A DNA stretch of 60,459 bases, the filler included. It is 5 parts of 5 records of this genome, joined end to end, with 100 filler letters (N's around TTAATTAATTAA, not from the genome) between each part and the next. Parts side by side here need not be neighbours in the genome. Positions count along the whole stretch, not along the records: positions 55,142 to 60,459 come from SRR2962707_915; 4 more parts are not named here. The stretch is one strand, 5' to 3'. The translations under genes and the position numbers were made by a program. This document shows, in pieces, positions 56,730 through 60,459 of the stretch. A model generated the notes under the pieces. That model made no database searches and was not told the DNA's origin. It was given only the letters and a program-made list of their open reading frames with translations. Position 1 is the stretch's first letter; every line of letters begins with the position of its first letter.

Positions 56730-58358
56730 ATGATTAAATTTCTAGGTAGCACGTCAGGTGCCACGGGCAGATTGACCGCATTTTTAACTGCTGCCGCCAT
56801 CGGCATTGCAGTTTTGGCGGGACCCACGCCTGTCGTCGCGCAATCGATTGCCTTTAAACAGGCCGTTGCCGAAGCCGCATCGAATGACGCGGATATTGCC
56901 GCCTATTACCGCACACACGACTATGCGCCGGTCTGGACCGACGGGTCTGACACCCAACGTGACCGCCGCGCGGCGCTGATGGTTGCGATATCGACCGCGG
57001 ATACACATGGTCTGCCAACGGCGCGCTATGACCCCGTCGGCCTGATGGAAACGTTGAAAAACGCCAGAACCCCCCGTGACCGTGGCCTTGCCGACGTCGA
57101 AATGACCAAAGTGTTTTTGCAATATGCCCGTGATCTGCAAACCGGCGTTGTGGTTCCGTCCCGTATCGACAGCGCCATCGTCCGCGAGGTGCCGTATCGC
57201 GACCGCCAAGGGTATATGACCGATTTCACCAAATCCGATCCGATGCTGTTTTTGCGTAACCTGCGGCCGCGGACCTTGGAATATAACGCGCTGATGCGTG
57301 AAAAGCTCGAGATGGAAAAGCTGCTGTCGAAGGGCGGTTGGGGCGCTGTTGTGCCTGTGACATCGCTGAAACCCGGCGCGCAGGGAAATGCGGTTGTGGC
57401 GTTGCGCAATCGGATGATCGCGATGGGATACCTCAAGCGGTCCAATTCGATGACCTATGACGCACTGATGGAGCACGCGGTTCGCGAGTTCCAACAAGAT
57501 CACGGTTTGAATACCGACGGTGTGGCTGGCAACGGCACCATGTCCGAGATCAACAAAAGCGTTGAGACACGGCTGAAATCCGTGATTGTCGCGATGGAGC
57601 GTGAACGCTGGCTGAACAAGGAACGCGGCGCGCGCCATGTGCTGGTTAACATCCCAGCATTTACCGCCGCCATTGTGGATGATGGCCGCGTGACCTTTGA
57701 AACCCGCGCGGTTGTGGGGGCCAAGGAGCCGGGGCGCTATACGCCCGAGTTTTCCGATACCATGGAATATATCGTGGTTAACCCCACTTGGACGGTGCCC
57801 CGGTCCATCGTGACCAAGGAATACCTGCCCTCGATGAAGAGCAACGCAAGTGCGGCAGGTCATATCGATCTGATTGACGGGCGTGGGCGGGTGATCAGCC
57901 GGGATTCTGTTGATTTCAGCCAATATAACGCGCGTAATTTCCCCTTTGGGATGCGTCAAAAACCGGGAACGCGGAATGCGCTAGGGCTGGTAAAGTTCAT
58001 TTTCCCGAACAAACACAACATCTACCTGCATGATACGCCGTCCAAGGGCCTGTTCGCGCGCGATGTGCGGGCGTTCAGCCACGGCTGTGTGCGTTTGCAA
58101 GACCCGTTTGATTTCGCCTATGCGCTTTTGGCGCGGCAAGAGGCTGATCCGGTGCAGTTTTTCAAGGCGCAGCTGGCCACGCAGCGTGAAACCTTTGTGC
58201 ATCTGGATGTCGAATTGCCGGTGCACCTGATCTACCGGACCGCCTTTACCACACCGCGTGGCCACACCCAGTACCGCGCTGACATCTATGGTCGTGACGC
58301 CAAGATCTGGGATGCGCTAAGCAAGGCAGGGGTAGCAATGGGCGCTGTTCAGGGTTAA
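56730..58358 (+). CDS. L,D-transpeptidase YcbB/LdtD-like (scaffold, PG-binding and YkuD domains)
   Basis: FQQDHGL..DG, VNIPAF, NPTW.VP, NALG.VKFIFPN, IYLHDTP, SHGCVR. Confidence 0.93.
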   Translation: MIKFLGSTSGATGRLTAFLTAAAIGIAVLAGPTPVVAQSIAFKQAVAEAASNDADIAAYYRTHDYAPVWTDGSDTQRDRRAALMVAISTADTHGLPTARYDPVGLMETLKNARTPRDRGLADVEMTKVFLQYARDLQTGVVVPSRIDSAIVREVPYRDRQGYMTDFTKSDPMLFLRNLRPRTLEYNALMREKLEMEKLLSKGGWGAVVPVTSLKPGAQGNAVVALRNRMIAMGYLKRSNSMTYDALMEHAVREFQQDHGLNTDGVAGNGTMSEINKSVETRLKSVIVAMERERWLNKERGARHVLVNIPAFTAAIVDDGRVTFETRAVVGAKEPGRYTPEFSDTMEYIVVNPTWTVPRSIVTKEYLPSMKSNASAAGHIDLIDGRGRVISRDSVDFSQYNARNFPFGMRQKPGTRNALGLVKFIFPNKHNIYLHDTPSKGLFARDVRAFSHGCVRLQDPFDFAYALLARQEADPVQFFKAQLATQRETFVHLDVELPVHLIYRTAFTTPRGHTQYRADIYGRDAKIWDALSKAGVAMGAVQG

Positions 58359-58384
58359 TTCATCCCCGACAAGGGGATTAAACC

Positions 58385-59476
58385 ATGCGCCACACTATTC
58401 AAGAAATTGCCGCATCACTGGGGGCGACAGCCGTTGGTGACACGTCTTTGACCGTCGAAAAACTGGCCGAACCTGCGCAGGCAGGTCCGGGTGATCTGGC
58501 CCTCGCAATGAGCCCCAAATACGCCGCCAGTCTGGCCGAAGGGGCTGCGGTCGCCGCGATGCTGTGGCCTGATGCTGATTGGCAGGCGCTTGGCCTAAAG
58601 GCTGCGATCCTGCCGGACCGTCCACGCTATGCCATGTCGGGGCTCACGAAAATGATGGATCAGGGCCAAGGGTTCGAGCCGGGCATTCACCCGTCTGCGA
58701 TCATCGACCCCACGGCCAAGCTGGGCGCGGATGTGTCTGTCGGGCCGTTCACCATTATCGCAGCAGGTGCGCAAATCGGTGCGGGCAGCGTGGTTGGTCC
58801 GCAGTGTCATATCGGCAAGGACGCGGTTCTGGGCACCAACGCCTATCTGCGCGATCACGTGAGCATCGGCGCAAGGGTCACCATCGGCGATGATTTCATC
58901 GCGCAACCGGGTGTTCGCATCGGCGGGGACGGGTTTTCATTCGTGACGGCTGAACCCAGCACGGTTGAACAAACCCGCAAAACCCTGGGCGACCGCGGCG
59001 ACACAAAAGCGCAACAATGGACGCGTATCCACACCCTAGGCAGTGTGACCATCGGGAATGATGTTGAATGTGGAATGAATTGTACCATCGACAGCGGAAC
59101 CATCCGCAACACGGTGATCGGCGATGGTACCAAGTTGGATAATTTGGTTCATCTTGGCCATAATGTTGTGGTGGGTGAAAATTGCTTGCTGTGCGGGCAG
59201 GTTGGCGTCGCGGGTTCGGTCACCATCGGTAATAACGTGGTGCTTGGCGGGCAATGCGGCGTCAGCGACAACATCTTTATCGGTGATGGTGTGATTGCAG
59301 GCGGCGGCACGAAACTGATGTCGAACGCGCCTGCGGGCCGGTCGATGCTGGGCTATCCCGCAACCGAGATGGGTAAGCAGATCGAAAGCTATAAGGCGCT
59401 GCGGCGTTTGCCCCGTTTGTTGCGTGAATTCACCGCGTTAAAGAAAGAGTTGTCCAAACCTGCGTCCGACGCTTAG
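58385..59476 (+). CDS. lpxD: UDP-3-O-acylglucosamine N-acyltransferase
   Basis: Hexapeptide repeats, IGGDGFSF, KLDNLVHLGHNV. Confidence 0.93.
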   Translation: MRHTIQEIAASLGATAVGDTSLTVEKLAEPAQAGPGDLALAMSPKYAASLAEGAAVAAMLWPDADWQALGLKAAILPDRPRYAMSGLTKMMDQGQGFEPGIHPSAIIDPTAKLGADVSVGPFTIIAAGAQIGAGSVVGPQCHIGKDAVLGTNAYLRDHVSIGARVTIGDDFIAQPGVRIGGDGFSFVTAEPSTVEQTRKTLGDRGDTKAQQWTRIHTLGSVTIGNDVECGMNCTIDSGTIRNTVIGDGTKLDNLVHLGHNVVVGENCLLCGQVGVAGSVTIGNNVVLGGQCGVSDNIFIGDGVIAGGGTKLMSNAPAGRSMLGYPATEMGKQIESYKALRRLPRLLREFTALKKELSKPASDA

Positions 59477-59514
59477 CGCGGGGCAAAAACGGACGGAGTG
59501 TAAGGAGAGTTTCG

Positions 59515-59772
59515 TTGAGTATCCAAGACCAAGTCATTCGTATTCTTGCAGAACAGGCCGTGCTCGAGCCGTCAGATGTCACGATGGACAGCACGCTCGA
59601 GGATCTGGGCATTGATAGCATGGGCGTGGTTGAAAGCATCTTTGCGATCGAAGAAGTCTTTGATATTTCGGTGCCGTTCAACGCGAACCAACCTGCGGAC
59701 TCGGACTTTGATATCTCAAGCGTGGCAAGCATCGTCGCGGGCATCAAGCGGCTGAAAGCCGAGCAGGGATAA
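59515..59772 (+). CDS. Acyl carrier protein
   Basis: LGIDSM phosphopantetheine site; TTG start with GGAG RBS. Confidence 0.9.
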   Translation: MSIQDQVIRILAEQAVLEPSDVTMDSTLEDLGIDSMGVVESIFAIEEVFDISVPFNANQPADSDFDISSVASIVAGIKRLKAEQG

Positions 59773-59776
59773 GGCA

Positions 59777-60459
59777 GTGAAACGGGTCGTTATCACCGGT
59801 GCGGGGACGATCAACGCACTAGGCTTGAATGTTCCGGACACAATGGCGGCCATGCAGAATGGTCGGTGCGGGATTGGCAAGCTTGAGTTCCGAGACGTTG
59901 AACGGTTGTCGATCCAGATCGGCGGGCAGGTCAAGAATTTCCCGCCCCCCGAACGCTATAACCGCCAGAAACTATCGCTGTATGACCGGTTCACCCAATT
60001 CACCCTGGATGCCGCCGAGCAGGCAATTTCCCAGTCGGGGCTTGTCTTTTCGGGCGAATTATCCGCGAAAGCCGGTGTCGTCTTGGGGACCGCTGGCGGC
60101 GGTGTCAGCACGTGGGATGATAATTACCGCGCCGTCTATGAAGAGGGCAAAAACCGCGTTCACCCCTTTGTCGTGCCCAAGCTGATGAACAACGCGGCTG
60201 CCAGCCATGTCAGCATGGAACATAACCTCAAGGGGCCGTCTTTCACTGTCTCGACCGCCTGTGCCTCGTCCAATCACGCCATGGCGCAGGCCTTTGCGAT
60301 GGTGCGTTCCGGTATGGCCCCGGCCATGGTCACCGGCGGGTCTGAATCGATGCTGTGCTTTGGCGGTGTCAAAGCATGGGAAGGTCTGCGCGTCATGAGC
60401 CGCGACGCCTGCCGCCCGTTCTCAGCCAACCGCAACGGCATGGTGCAGGGCGAGGGGGC
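59777..60459 (+). CDS. fabF: Beta-ketoacyl-ACP synthase (FabF-like), runs off the window end
   Basis: GTG start MKRVVITGAGTINALG, STACASSNHA (catalytic Cys), CRPFS.NRNG; absent from the ORF track because it has no stop in the window. Confidence 0.9.
   Translation, partial: MKRVVITGAGTINALGLNVPDTMAAMQNGRCGIGKLEFRDVERLSIQIGGQVKNFPPPERYNRQKLSLYDRFTQFTLDAAEQAISQSGLVFSGELSAKAGVVLGTAGGGVSTWDDNYRAVYEEGKNRVHPFVVPKLMNNAAASHVSMEHNLKGPSFTVSTACASSNHAMAQAFAMVRSGMAPAMVTGGSESMLCFGGVKAWEGLRVMSRDACRPFSANRNGMVQGEG

Noticed and set aside
56784-57959. 391-aa minus-strand ORF
   Set aside because: Antisense shadow of the L,D-transpeptidase in GC-rich DNA

Overview
This window is not one locus. It is five unrelated contigs joined by 100-nt N spacers containing TTAATTAATTAA (6057-6156, 14055-14154, 45250-45349, 55042-55141). 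(1) 1-6056: intron-containing protist DNA with a DBP2/DDX5 helicase and a convergent, 5'-truncated SOL/calpain-15-like protease. (2) 6157-14054: an AT-rich, Bacteroidota-like ~7.9-kb integrative element. It starts at a tRNA (probably Asn) 3' end and carries an excisionase-like HTH, a rolling-circle-type Rep, a tyrosine integrase, a 920-aa PIN-domain protein, a conserved hypothetical protein, RadC/JAB, an XRE regulator and two small membrane/secreted ORFs. (3) 14155-45249: Marinomonas-like gammaproteobacterial housekeeping DNA (PhhR/TyrR, ROK plus AGE isomerase, can, purU, rlmKL, rmf, pyrD, MoxR-vWA-Bat operon, DyP, ppiD). (4) 45350-55041: protist DNA with MCM5 and a convergent LRR-IQ-B-box-WW gene. 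(5) 55142-60459: Rhodobacteraceae-like DNA (tRNA-Ser 3' end, YqaA, YcbK/MepK, L,D-transpeptidase, lpxD, ACP, fabF). The best candidate for a new system is the 920-aa cargo protein at 9066-11828. It has an N-terminal PIN nuclease domain fused to a helical body whose motifs match, from memory, the phage-sensing region of the anti-phage sirtuin DSR2. That would make it an effector-swapped DSR2-like defence protein on a small rolling-circle integrative element. All assignments come from motif recognition; no searches were run.
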